This document shows positions 16,780-25,942 of a stretch of 64,000 nucleotides of DNA, one piece after another. A program made the translations under genes and the position numbers. The notes below the pieces were generated by a model that saw nothing but the letters and a program-made list of their open reading frames with translations, was not told the DNA's origin and did no database searches. Position 1 is the stretch's first letter. Each line of letters begins with the position of its first letter. The DNA lies in contig JANWKE010000093.1 of the NCBI GenBank assembly GCA_025451535.1, positions 4,824-68,823 of the forward strand, read 5' to 3'. This stretch comes from Verrucomicrobiia bacterium. GTDB taxonomy: Bacteria; Verrucomicrobiota; Verrucomicrobiia; Limisphaerales; UBA11358.

Positions 16780-19700
16780 ATGCCGAAAGTCTCAGTCAGA
16801 AATGGGAACGGCTCGCGGATGGCGAGCACGACAAAATACGACGCGCATCACAAGGTGCTGTCGCAAACCTACGGCGCGTTCGCCGATTTGCGCCGGGAAC
16901 TTTCTGATTCGAAGGCGACCGTGAACGAGCGTGAGGACATCCTGCGCAGTTTTGCGGCCTGCCCCGATTCGCAGCGCTCGTGGCTGCTGCTCGAGGATTA
17001 CTTCGAGAAGCTCTCGCTCTCGCGCAAGGATTTCCCCGACACGAGCTGGTGGCCGCGCCTGCTGAATGCCCAGGGCAAGACGCGCCTGGAAGAACTTGCC
17101 TTCCTGTTCCTGCGGGCCAAGCGGTCCGTGCCGCCCGAACTGCAGCCGCACGCCAGCCTCGACCGTTTTGCCCGGGCCGAGGAGGCCGAACAGGAGCAAA
17201 AGCTCGTGCAGGAACTGGAAAACTGGCTGTCGCCGCCCACCCTGCCACTGCTCGACACGCCGCGCGCCGTCCTGCGCGTCGTCTGCCGTACGCAACCGGA
17301 CGAGGAGGAGCCGTCGCGCCACCGGCTCGCCGTGCAATTCCTTTTGTCGCGTCCGCGCACCGGCGAAAAAGCACGCACGCTTCGCGAAATGATTGACCTC
17401 GTCGTCCGCGCCACCCACGAACAGGAGTTGTTTCCACCGGCCGACTGGGAATTCATCCAATGGATTGCCGACACGCAGCGCAATCCCGCCTTGCGCGAGG
17501 CGGACACGCTGATTTTATCTGACGCCGACTTGCTTCAATGGCTGACGCGCTGGGGCCATACCGACCGGCTGGAACTCCAAAATAGCGATGGTCGGGCGGC
17601 CAGTCCCCCGCCCGTCGCGGGCGCGCGCGGAGTGCCCCGCCCCGCTACCTTAAAATTCCACGGGCAGGTCGCTGTGCTGTCGCCCCATCTCGAAAACGGT
17701 GACAAGGAGCTGTCGTTCACCCATTACGTCGTTTTGCCCGACGGCCAGAACCATTCCGTGGCGACGGCGAAATTTTTTAACCGCCAGCCGCCCCTCGCGC
17801 TGGTCAACGGCACCTTTTACCTGCTGCGCAATGCCCCGCCACCGTCGGTGTTGAAATATCTGGCAGGCAAACCGTCCGTGCCCGTCCGCAAACTCAGCCA
17901 TCGGCTGTTGTTGCACCTGCGCAAGACCCAAACGAATCACGGCGTGAATTGGGAACAACTCTGCGTCACCCACAAGGCCGCACCGCAATTTGTTTTTGAA
18001 CTGCTCGACGATACCGTGCGCCTGCGGTTGCTGGCCAAAAGCCAGCGCGACCAGAGCATCTGGTTCTGGAACGGCCATGAATGGGTGGCAAACGAGTCCC
18101 CGAAACATCCTGCCGACAAACCGGAAATTCTCGACGACCCGCGCCTGGAACCGGCCACGCAATGGCTCCGCCGGCTGGACTGGTTCACCTCCGAACCCGG
18201 CCTGTGGATCGGCGATGCGAATGAAAATTTCCTCGGCGCCCTGGCGGGCGCGTGGGCGGATCGGCCCAAGGAAGCCGAGTTTCTCGGCAACCCGGCGTTT
18301 CACCGTTTGTTCCTGCAACCGCGCCAGCTCAAGCCGCGGCTGGTCGTCAAAGGCAGCGGCATTGACTGGCTGGCCGTTTCCGCCGAATGGGAAGCGGAGG
18401 GGCTCAAACTCAGCAAGGCGGACCTCGAGCGCCTCGCCAGCGCCACGGGCCGTTTCGTCAAGCTGCCAAATTCCGGCTGGGTGGAACTCGACACCGGCGC
18501 CGTGCAGGGCGCGCACGAAGCCATGGCCGACATGGGCGTGGACGGCCTCATTGCCGTGCCGCAAAAAGTCGGCCTGGAACACGTCGCGCATCTGGACGAA
18601 GACGGGTTCGCGCGCTTTACCGATTCGCCCGAAGCCAAGGCATTACGCGGGCACATCCGCGATTTTAAAGGCGTGCCCTCGGTGGATTTGCCCAAGGGCT
18701 TGAAGGCGGATTTGCGCCCCTACCAGAAGGACGGTTTTGATTTCCTCGCGCACCTGACAAAGATCAAGCTGGGCGGGATTCTGGCCGACGACATGGGGCT
18801 GGGCAAAACGCTCCAGACGCTTACCTGGCTGGGTTGGCTCAAGGAACGCAACACGAAAAATCCCAAGCCGTCGCTCGTCATCTGCCCGGCGTCCGTGCTG
18901 CACAACTGGCGGCGGGAAGCGAACCGTTTCACGCCCAACCTCAAGGTGCTGGTGCTCGAAAGCGGCGCGGCCCGACACAATCTGCGCAAACAGATTCCCC
19001 AGCACGACTTGATTGTGACCAACTATGCCCTGCTCCGCCGCGATTTGGAGGAATTGCAAAAATTTGCCTTCCGGGCGACGATTCTGGACGAAGCGCAGTT
19101 CATCAAAAACCCCGGCGCGCAGGTCACCCAGTCGGTCAAGCAACTCAAGTCCGAATGCCGCCTTGCGCTCACGGGCACGCCCTTGGAAAACCGGCTGCTC
19201 GACCTGTGGAGCATCGTGGACTTCATCCAGCCCGGTTACCTCGGCAACCAGGAACAATTTGTTGAGACCTATGAACCGCGCCTGCGCGCCGGCGAGGACG
19301 CAGTGCCCACGGCGGAGGCGCGCGGTGAAAAAACCGAGTCCGCCCAGCGCATCGCGCGGCGGCGGCTTTCGGCCAAATTGCGGCCTTTGTTGCTGCGCCG
19401 CCTGAAGAAACACGTTGCCAAAGATCTGCCCGACCGCATCGAGGAACGGCGCGATTGCCCGCTCGGCGACGAGCAGCGTAAACTTTACCTGGCCGAACTG
19501 CGCCGCAGCCGCGACCAAATCATGCAGGCCGTCCAGGAACAAGGCCTGAACAAGAGCAAGATGCACGTGCTGGCCGCGCTCACCCGGTTGCGCCAGGTTT
19601 GCTGTCACCCGGCGCTCGTGGGCAGCGACACCGCATCCGGCAAAACCGAGACGCTGTTCGAGTTGCTCGACCCGCTGGTTTCGGAAGGCGAAAAGGTCCT

Positions 19701-20145
19701 GGTGTTCAGCCAGTTTGTGCAGATGCTGCATCTGCTGGAAAAGGAATGCCAGGCGCGGCAGATCAAAACGCACATTCTCACCGGCCAGACGAAGGACCGG
19801 CAACAGGTTGTCAGCGCGTTCCAAAGCGACACGTCCGCGGGCGTGTTTTTGCTGAGCCTGCGGGCGGCGGGCACGGGTTTGAACCTGACCAACGCCAGTT
19901 ACGTGGTGCTTTACGATCCGTGGTGGAATCCCGCCGTCGAGGCGCAGGCCATTGACCGCTCTCACCGCATCGGCCAGACACAGACGGTGAACGCCTACCG
20001 GCTCATCGCGCCCGGCACCGTGGAGGAAAAAATCTGGGAACTGCAGCAGAACAAGGCGCAGACCATTGCCGACGTGCTCGGCGAGGAAGGTTTCGCCCGA
20101 AGCCTCACCGCCACCGACTTGGAGTATCTGTTTTCGGAAGATTAG
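16780..20145 (+). CDS. SNF2-family DNA/RNA helicase with a long N-terminal region of about 620 aa of unknown function
   Basis: SNF2 N-domain LRPYQKDGFDFLAHL...GGILADDMGLGKTLQT, motif II ILDEAQFIKN, and helicase-C blocks (VFSQF...LLSLRAAGTGLNLT...DPWWNPAVEAQAIDRSHRIGQ). Confidence 0.9.
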   Translation: MPKVSVRNGNGSRMASTTKYDAHHKVLSQTYGAFADLRRELSDSKATVNEREDILRSFAACPDSQRSWLLLEDYFEKLSLSRKDFPDTSWWPRLLNAQGKTRLEELAFLFLRAKRSVPPELQPHASLDRFARAEEAEQEQKLVQELENWLSPPTLPLLDTPRAVLRVVCRTQPDEEEPSRHRLAVQFLLSRPRTGEKARTLREMIDLVVRATHEQELFPPADWEFIQWIADTQRNPALREADTLILSDADLLQWLTRWGHTDRLELQNSDGRAASPPPVAGARGVPRPATLKFHGQVAVLSPHLENGDKELSFTHYVVLPDGQNHSVATAKFFNRQPPLALVNGTFYLLRNAPPPSVLKYLAGKPSVPVRKLSHRLLLHLRKTQTNHGVNWEQLCVTHKAAPQFVFELLDDTVRLRLLAKSQRDQSIWFWNGHEWVANESPKHPADKPEILDDPRLEPATQWLRRLDWFTSEPGLWIGDANENFLGALAGAWADRPKEAEFLGNPAFHRLFLQPRQLKPRLVVKGSGIDWLAVSAEWEAEGLKLSKADLERLASATGRFVKLPNSGWVELDTGAVQGAHEAMADMGVDGLIAVPQKVGLEHVAHLDEDGFARFTDSPEAKALRGHIRDFKGVPSVDLPKGLKADLRPYQKDGFDFLAHLTKIKLGGILADDMGLGKTLQTLTWLGWLKERNTKNPKPSLVICPASVLHNWRREANRFTPNLKVLVLESGAARHNLRKQIPQHDLIVTNYALLRRDLEELQKFAFRATILDEAQFIKNPGAQVTQSVKQLKSECRLALTGTPLENRLLDLWSIVDFIQPGYLGNQEQFVETYEPRLRAGEDAVPTAEARGEKTESAQRIARRRLSAKLRPLLLRRLKKHVAKDLPDRIEERRDCPLGDEQRKLYLAELRRSRDQIMQAVQEQGLNKSKMHVLAALTRLRQVCCHPALVGSDTASGKTETLFELLDPLVSEGEKVLVFSQFVQMLHLLEKECQARQIKTHILTGQTKDRQQVVSAFQSDTSAGVFLLSLRAAGTGLNLTNASYVVLYDPWWNPAVEAQAIDRSHRIGQTQTVNAYRLIAPGTVEEKIWELQQNKAQTIADVLGEEGFARSLTATDLEYLFSED

Positions 20146-20210
20146 GCTGAAGCGTTATTAAGAAGTGTTACTCAGGACTCGTCTCAATTTTTGGACAACC
20201 GCGGCGCTCT

Positions 20211-20377
20211 GTCCCAAAGGGACTTTTTGAAAATAGCCCGGCGTTTCAACGCCGGGAAGGATTGGAAGAAGGTCGCGTCCCGCAAGGGACGGCTGAAATG
20301 AAACGCGCTCTCCGGTCGTTCCTGCGGAACTTATGCCAATTCTCGTCACCTCCCGGCGTTGAAACGCCGGGCTATTC
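20211..20377. repeat. MITE-like composite palindromic repeat
   Basis: aatagcccggcgtttcaacgccgggaagg (20232-20260) is the near-exact reverse complement of cctcccggcgttgaaacgccgggctattc (20349-20377). Small hairpins gtccc-aaa-gggac (20211-20223) and gtccc-gcaa-gggac (20276-20289) are also present. The 63-aa track ORF here is probably a repeat artefact. Confidence 0.7.
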
Positions 20378-20454
20378 TCGATGGTTCCTCCGGATCCGAA
20401 TGACCGCTTGAAAATTGAAATGCAACCCGTTGCCTAACGTTTATGAAATGCCGT

Positions 20455-20483
20455 TTGACAATGGTAACTTAAATGTTACTTTC
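20455..20483 (+). promoter_or_regulatory. candidate sigma-70 promoter with an inverted repeat (possible operator) in the spacer
   Basis: TTGACA at 20455-20460 with a 16-nt spacer to TACTTT (20477-20482). The spacer contains GTAAC-ttaaat-GTTAC (20464-20479). It lies about 20 nt upstream of the HTH gene start at 20503. Confidence 0.4.
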
Positions 20484-20502
20484 TGGCTCTTTCGGCATTA
20501 GC

Positions 20503-20820
20503 ATGGCACTGACACGAGAATACAAAGAAACGGTTTTGGCGCGCATCAAACGTGATCCAAAGTTTGCGCGCGCGTTATACGCCGAAGCGGTCAATTCATT
20601 GCTCGAAGGCGAAACCGAAGCGGGGCTTTCAATTTTGCGCGACCTGGTTCATGCCAACATCACTTTCAAGGAATTGTCGCGACAGACCGGTTTTGGCGAG
20701 AAGGCCTTACATCGCATGTTGAGTCGTCGTGGCAATCCCACCACACGCAATTTATTTGCAATCACGAAGGCGATCTGCGAGGACTTTGGCATTAAATCAA
20801 GCGTGATGCTCGCGACCTGA
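20503..20820 (+). CDS. HTH DNA-binding protein resembling addiction-module antidote (HigA-like) proteins; no toxin partner seen
   Basis: About 105 aa. The C-terminal block FKELSRQTGFGEKALHRMLSRRGNPTTRNLFAITKAI matches the ...LSR.L S..GNP....L..I..A pattern of that antitoxin family, from memory. Start placed at MALTREY. Confidence 0.6.
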   Translation: MALTREYKETVLARIKRDPKFARALYAEAVNSLLEGETEAGLSILRDLVHANITFKELSRQTGFGEKALHRMLSRRGNPTTRNLFAITKAICEDFGIKSSVMLAT

Positions 20821-20933
20821 AATTGCGCCCGCAACTTCACGGTAGCGGATTCGGAGTATTTGGTCGCGGAAGATTGAAAGCGGATAGGCTGCAAAATGAG
20901 CCGCGTATTATCTGTTAGGCGGCATTATGATTT

Positions 20934-21404
20934 ATGAAAACACTCACACACATCGGACTCGCATTATTTGCGATATTCTCACTTAGCATCATCACCGTCT
21001 CGGCGGAAGATGCACCATCAGGATTGTCGGCACACATCACACCGGCAACCAATCGCGTTAGCACTCTGAGCCATTTGGAGTTTTCAGTCTTCATCACGAA
21101 CAGCGGCCCGACCAATGTCACCATTCATCCGTGGATTCTTAAGAATGGCTTGGGGACGGTTCAGATACTTGACGCACGAGGTTTGATTATGGCGTATCAC
21201 CCGGAGCCTCCGTTAATCTCCAAGCCGCCGACTCGCGCCGAAGTTGCCGCAGAGCCACCACATGATTTGGTTCTCAAGCCGGGCGAGTTTTACGCACTCA
21301 AATACAGGCTTGGCGAGCATTTCTTTATGGCCACGCCGCAGGGTAAGTATCGGGCGCGAGGAGCCCTTATTCCATCAAATGAGGTCGAGATTACACTTGA
21401 GTAA
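20934..21404 (+). CDS. small secreted hypothetical protein
   Basis: 156 aa with a clear signal peptide (MKTLTHIGLALFAIFSLSIITVSAED). It lies in a local stretch of lower G+C. Confidence 0.6.
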   Translation: MKTLTHIGLALFAIFSLSIITVSAEDAPSGLSAHITPATNRVSTLSHLEFSVFITNSGPTNVTIHPWILKNGLGTVQILDARGLIMAYHPEPPLISKPPTRAEVAAEPPHDLVLKPGEFYALKYRLGEHFFMATPQGKYRARGALIPSNEVEITLE

Positions 21405-21510
21405 GCCATGCCGCCGAATACTCAGATAGGCGCACATTTTGCCCCAAATCTTCATCCACAATTTGTACACCCACTCGAGACGTGGTCTCTGCCTGCCTTG
21501 GCGGGTCCCC

Positions 21511-22857
21511 TCACTGCAACCTAAGCGGCAGCTGGAAGACGTAGCCGTAGAGTTCGGACAGCGTTCCACCCGTGTGCTGGTTGTGCAAATCCTTGCCGAA
21601 GGCGAATGTCGCTGCGGGCGCGAAGGCGCGGATGGTCAGGCAATACGTGTTGTTGACCATGATGCCCAGCAATTCACCGGTGCGGCTGAAAACCAGGTCG
21701 CCGCGCGACGGGTTAAACTTGCCGAACAATCCCTTCAACAAACTGCGGTCCAGCTTCACGTACTGCGGCGTGTTCATTTCAATCTGAAAATTGCACTGTC
21801 CGTAGTACTCCTCGTTGGCGCCGACGAGCACAGCGTCCTGGAATTTGTACGGGTCGGAAGAAAGGCGATAAACCTTGCAACCCAGGGTTTGCGCGTCCGC
21901 CCGGGTCACCGGCATCATCACCGCACGCGGATCCTGGGCGTCGAAGGACATTGACTTCAATGGCACGTGTCTCCCGCCCCAGCTGAGCGTGCCCGCCAGT
22001 TGGTCCCAGTCGGTGCCCGGATCCCACAGTGTCACCGGCGTGTCCTGCACATGGCAGAGCGCAAAATAATTCGTCCCGTCGGTGACGAGCACGGTGGCGG
22101 TTTGTTTGTCCTTGCTGGTGTCCATGCTGAACATGCTGGTGCGCCAGGCGGAAATGCCGGCGTCAACCCGGTTGGAAATGAAGTCGCTGAAAATGGTGTT
22201 CGGTGTCAGGGCGGTGTTCGCCCGGATTTCCTGCGCCAACTGGCCGGAATTGGTCGCCAGCGACTTGACGCCCTCGGCCAGCCGGGCGTTCTCCGCCTGC
22301 TGCACCTGGACTTCCTGCTGCATGAGGGTGGCCCGTTCGGCGGCGGCATGCGCCTGCACTTCGGCCAACTGGAGCTGATTGGATAGTTGCTGTTTCTCGG
22401 CCTGGGCCAGCTGGCTGGTCTGCGTGAGCTTATCCAGCTGGAGCCGCAGCGCGGAAACCTGGTCTGATTGCCGTTGCGCCTCGGCCTCGGTCGCCGCCAG
22501 TTTTTGCTGCGCCTGCTCGGCATTGTTCTGCAATTGCCGGTTCAGATTCTCGATGTTGGCCTGCTCGGTGGCGACCCGCTGTTGCAACTGCTGGTTTTCC
22601 TGCTCCCGCCGGCCGGTCGTGTTGCGGGCTTCCGCCAGTTGCTGCTGCAATTGCGTGCGATTTTTCTGCTCATCTTCGAGCGCCTGTTTCATCACGGCGG
22701 TGAGGTCGTTGCCGGGATTCGGAACCGGGTTGGGGCTGACCACAACCTTCGTCGGCGGCGGCGTGCTTTCATCCGCCATGTGGTTGATGTCGGTCGAAAA
22801 CGTCAACAGACTCAACAACAGGAAATCGCAAATGACGATGAGAATGCTGCGGTTCAT
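21511..22857 (-). CDS. membrane-anchored Gln-rich coiled-coil protein with globular C-terminal domain
   Basis: 448 aa with an N-terminal TM (ILIVICDFLLLSLLTF), then about 170 residues of Q/A/E/L heptad-like sequence, then a C-terminal domain of about 230 aa. The start lies 2 nt after the stop of the upstream gene. Confidence 0.7.
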   Translation of the reverse strand: MNRSILIVICDFLLLSLLTFSTDINHMADESTPPPTKVVVSPNPVPNPGNDLTAVMKQALEDEQKNRTQLQQQLAEARNTTGRREQENQQLQQRVATEQANIENLNRQLQNNAEQAQQKLAATEAEAQRQSDQVSALRLQLDKLTQTSQLAQAEKQQLSNQLQLAEVQAHAAAERATLMQQEVQVQQAENARLAEGVKSLATNSGQLAQEIRANTALTPNTIFSDFISNRVDAGISAWRTSMFSMDTSKDKQTATVLVTDGTNYFALCHVQDTPVTLWDPGTDWDQLAGTLSWGGRHVPLKSMSFDAQDPRAVMMPVTRADAQTLGCKVYRLSSDPYKFQDAVLVGANEEYYGQCNFQIEMNTPQYVKLDRSLLKGLFGKFNPSRGDLVFSRTGELLGIMVNNTYCLTIRAFAPAATFAFGKDLHNQHTGGTLSELYGYVFQLPLRLQ

Positions 22858-22859
22858 GA

Positions 22860-24608
22860 TCAGTAGGCGGGGGTTGACACGGCCGCCGACGGAACATAGC
22901 CGGTCGGGGCAGCGGAGCCGGCCTCGGCTTCCAGCAACAATTTCCGGCGCGCCGGGCGGAGGTGGAAAATCTTGAAGATGACCACAAAGACGATGCCGAA
23001 CGACGTGGAGGAATACGCCGCCATCAGGCTGAATTGCACGAAATGGAGGGAGGCAAGAATCAGCGACACAATCGTGCCCACAAAGCCGAGGTAAAGCCCG
23101 GCGTCGAACAGATGGTCTTCATTTTCCAGCAGTCTGAGCTTCATGCGCGGCGGCACTTGTTGCCGGCGGATTTCGGCCAGCTTGACGAGGCACGAGATGT
23201 AAAGCAGCGCCTGTAACACGAAAAACAGGAGCAGGGTTAATAGGATGATTGGGTTCATGATGGTTTGTTGGATGCCGGCAATCCCCGCGGGGACCACGCC
23301 GCCCGTCGTGGGCAGCGATAGTCGAAAGGAGAATCCCCCTTTCTGGCTTTCCTGGGCGAGAAACGGCTCGCTCAGGAGCAGGACCACGAACAGGAATCCC
23401 AGCGAAAATAAAAACTCCCGGAACAGATGGAATCCGCGCACTTGCAACGGACGTTCGAGCGCTGAAACGGCGGGACGCGCAAAGTGCATGGCCGCCGCCA
23501 GGAAAAATCCGGCGAGCAGATAGGCCAGCCATTTGGCCGCCAGTGCCAGTTGCGGTTGTTGTAAACCATAATCCGCCGCACGGGAAAAGAAATTGGCCAC
23601 CGACTCAAAGGCGGTGACGCGCCGTTCCCAATCCGGGCGGTAGAAGCGCTGGCCGCGTTGAGCCAGCTCGCTCACCCCGGCCGCGCCATAAGCCAGGCTG
23701 GCACCGAGGTCTTTCAGGCCGGTCTGGTTGAATTTGGCCAGGTACCCGGCCACCGCCGCGGGTCTGCCCGATAATTCGACGGCGGCAAAGAGCACGGGCA
23801 ACCGGGTCCCGGCAGTGCGGGTTTCGCCGGCCAGTTGGTGGAGCGTTCCCGCGTCCGGGATTCGCGACACGAATGCCACGAGCTGGTCCCAATTGAACCG
23901 CTCGCCCAACGAAAGGAAATCCATCAGCACTTCCTCCAACGGCCGGGTATCACCACCTTGATTGGCCCGCTCCGCCAGCGTGGAGATGCGGCGATTCAAA
24001 TCGGCGGTCAAATGCCCATTGTCCACCAGAAGGCCGCAAACCGAGACCGCCGCGTCAAAAGCCTGTCCCGAAGCCGACGATGACGGTGGCAGAAGCACGG
24101 TCCTGGTCAGGGAACGACTCCGCATCAACTCCAGCACCGCGGGCGATGACGAATGGCTTAAAGCAGCGAGCGCCGCATCACGATTTTGCTGCCGGACGAT
24201 GAAATCGGTAAAAGGCTCCGTGCCGTTTTTCGACGCCGGAGCAATACCGGGGAAAAGATTTTTTACGCGGACGTCATCGCCCCAGGTCAGCGCCGCCGGA
24301 TTTTGCCGAGTCTGGCTGGTGATCAGCTGGTCAAGCCGGTCCCAGCCCGGAAATGCCTCCGCATGAGCCGCCTGCATGAGCATTTGGGCCGTGCCCAATT
24401 TCTGTTCGCCCGCCAGCGTCTTGCCTTCCTCAAGCAGGGCGGGACCGTTCCGACCGGCCCGCTCCAGAATGCCCGCATCCACGGCCCGCAGGTGCACGGG
24501 CACGAGCAGACCGCAGGCAAGCAGCGCCAATCCCAGAACGGCGCAAAATAAAAAGCACAGCCATCGCATCTTTATGATTTCTCCTGAAAATTCCTTGTCG
24601 TTGGGCAT
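22860..24608 (-). CDS. polytopic membrane protein of unknown function
   Basis: N-terminal TM (MRWLCFLFCAVLGLALLACGLLV), a soluble helical region of about 330 aa, then 5-6 C-terminal TM helices. Start taken at ATG 24608 (or 24569) to avoid overlap with the permease gene. Confidence 0.65.
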   Translation of the reverse strand: MPNDKEFSGEIIKMRWLCFLFCAVLGLALLACGLLVPVHLRAVDAGILERAGRNGPALLEEGKTLAGEQKLGTAQMLMQAAHAEAFPGWDRLDQLITSQTRQNPAALTWGDDVRVKNLFPGIAPASKNGTEPFTDFIVRQQNRDAALAALSHSSSPAVLELMRSRSLTRTVLLPPSSSASGQAFDAAVSVCGLLVDNGHLTADLNRRISTLAERANQGGDTRPLEEVLMDFLSLGERFNWDQLVAFVSRIPDAGTLHQLAGETRTAGTRLPVLFAAVELSGRPAAVAGYLAKFNQTGLKDLGASLAYGAAGVSELAQRGQRFYRPDWERRVTAFESVANFFSRAADYGLQQPQLALAAKWLAYLLAGFFLAAAMHFARPAVSALERPLQVRGFHLFREFLFSLGFLFVVLLLSEPFLAQESQKGGFSFRLSLPTTGGVVPAGIAGIQQTIMNPIILLTLLLFFVLQALLYISCLVKLAEIRRQQVPPRMKLRLLENEDHLFDAGLYLGFVGTIVSLILASLHFVQFSLMAAYSSTSFGIVFVVIFKIFHLRPARRKLLLEAEAGSAAPTGYVPSAAVSTPAY

Positions 24609-24676
24609 TAGACCGGGTGTCGGCAAGTGCCGTTCAAAGCAAAAAAGCTGCCAATCTGCCGGCCTCTCGCGGGTTT

Positions 24677-25942
24677 TTACTCGTACCTCAGGGATTCGAT
24701 GGGGTCGAGGTTCGCCGCCTTGTAAGCCGGATAGGTTCCGAAAATGACACCGACGATAGAACAAATCAGCAGGCCCAGCACACTCCAGTCCACCGGGACG
24801 GCCGGCGGCACTTTCATGAACCAGGCGAGGATGTTGCCGCCGAGAATGCCCAGGACCACGCCGATCACGCCGCCGATTTCACAAAGTACCACAGCCTCCA
24901 TGATGAATTGTCCCATGATGTTCCGCCGCTTGGCGCCGACCGCCCGGCGGACGCCGATTTCGCGCGTCCGTTCCGTGACGGAAACCAGCATGATGTTCAT
25001 GATGCCAACGCCGGCCGCCAGCAAGGCGATGGAACTGACGACGACCACACCGATCCGGACGGCCCGGGTGAACTTGTCGAATTGTTCGATGAGCGAATCG
25101 TTGGAGAACAGTTCAAAATCGTCCGCCGCACCGGGCCGCACCTTGCGCGCCGCGCGCAGAATGCCGCGCACCTGCTCCTCGCAATCGGCGTAAACCGCCG
25201 AAGTGCGCGCCTGGACCAGAATGCCCAGGCCATTCCAGCGCAGGCCGTAGCGATTGAGCGCCGTGGTAAGCGGCACAATGACAAAATTGTCCTGATTGCC
25301 GCCCAGCGAAGCACCTTTGGACGCGAGAACGCCGACGACGTTGTAATTGATTCCGTTGATTTTAAGCTCATTGCCAACAGGTGACCCGAAGGGAAAGATC
25401 GATTTGGCCAGGGCGGCGCCTAACACACACACGTCCCGGGCATCGTCCACGTCGTTGTCGTTGAAAATGCGGCCCTCTTCAACGGTCCAGTTGCGCGCCT
25501 CGAACGAACCGGTCGTCTCACCCAGCAGTTGCACGGTGGGGGCGGTTTTGGCGTAGCGCGTCTGGATCTGGCCGCCCCAGAAAGTGCCTTCGATGCCAAC
25601 CGCGGAGGCGAGCGTGGCTTTCTTTTCAACGGTTTCTCCCAGCTCGAGGGTGATGTTTTTGCGACGCCAGTACTTTTCCCAGTCGGAGTTGTTGCCGAAC
25701 TGGACTTCGGGCCATTTCTGGATGGCAAACGTGCGGCTGCCCAACTGGCTCAGGTTGTTTTCGACATTCCGTTCCAGCACGCGCATGGCGGTCATGACGA
25801 CGATAATGGAAAAGACGCCGATCAACACGCCGAGCAGCGTGAGCGCCGAACGCAGTTTATGCGCCGTAAGCGCGGTCAGAGCCATCGAAAAGCTCTCGTG
25901 CAGCTCGGCGAAAAAGAAACTCCAATTTCGGCGGCTATTCAT
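24677..25942 (-). CDS. ABC transporter permease, MacB/FtsX family
   Basis: MacB topology: an N-terminal TM, a periplasmic domain of about 230 aa, and a C-terminal FtsX-type 3-TM bundle (IALLAAGVGIMNIMLVSVTERTREIGVRRAVGAKRRNIM). The ATG overlaps the upstream stop by 1 nt (TAATG). Confidence 0.88.
   Translation of the reverse strand: MNSRRNWSFFFAELHESFSMALTALTAHKLRSALTLLGVLIGVFSIIVVMTAMRVLERNVENNLSQLGSRTFAIQKWPEVQFGNNSDWEKYWRRKNITLELGETVEKKATLASAVGIEGTFWGGQIQTRYAKTAPTVQLLGETTGSFEARNWTVEEGRIFNDNDVDDARDVCVLGAALAKSIFPFGSPVGNELKINGINYNVVGVLASKGASLGGNQDNFVIVPLTTALNRYGLRWNGLGILVQARTSAVYADCEEQVRGILRAARKVRPGAADDFELFSNDSLIEQFDKFTRAVRIGVVVVSSIALLAAGVGIMNIMLVSVTERTREIGVRRAVGAKRRNIMGQFIMEAVVLCEIGGVIGVVLGILGGNILAWFMKVPPAVPVDWSVLGLLICSIVGVIFGTYPAYKAANLDPIESLRYE

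Noticed and set aside
20158-20349. A 63-aa ORF inside the MITE-like repeat.
   Set aside because: It is encoded entirely by palindromic repeat DNA, so the ORF is most likely fortuitous.
20146-20502. A toxin partner for the HigA-like HTH gene.
   Set aside because: No ORF of suitable size or frame exists upstream. The region is occupied by repeat DNA and promoter-like sequence.
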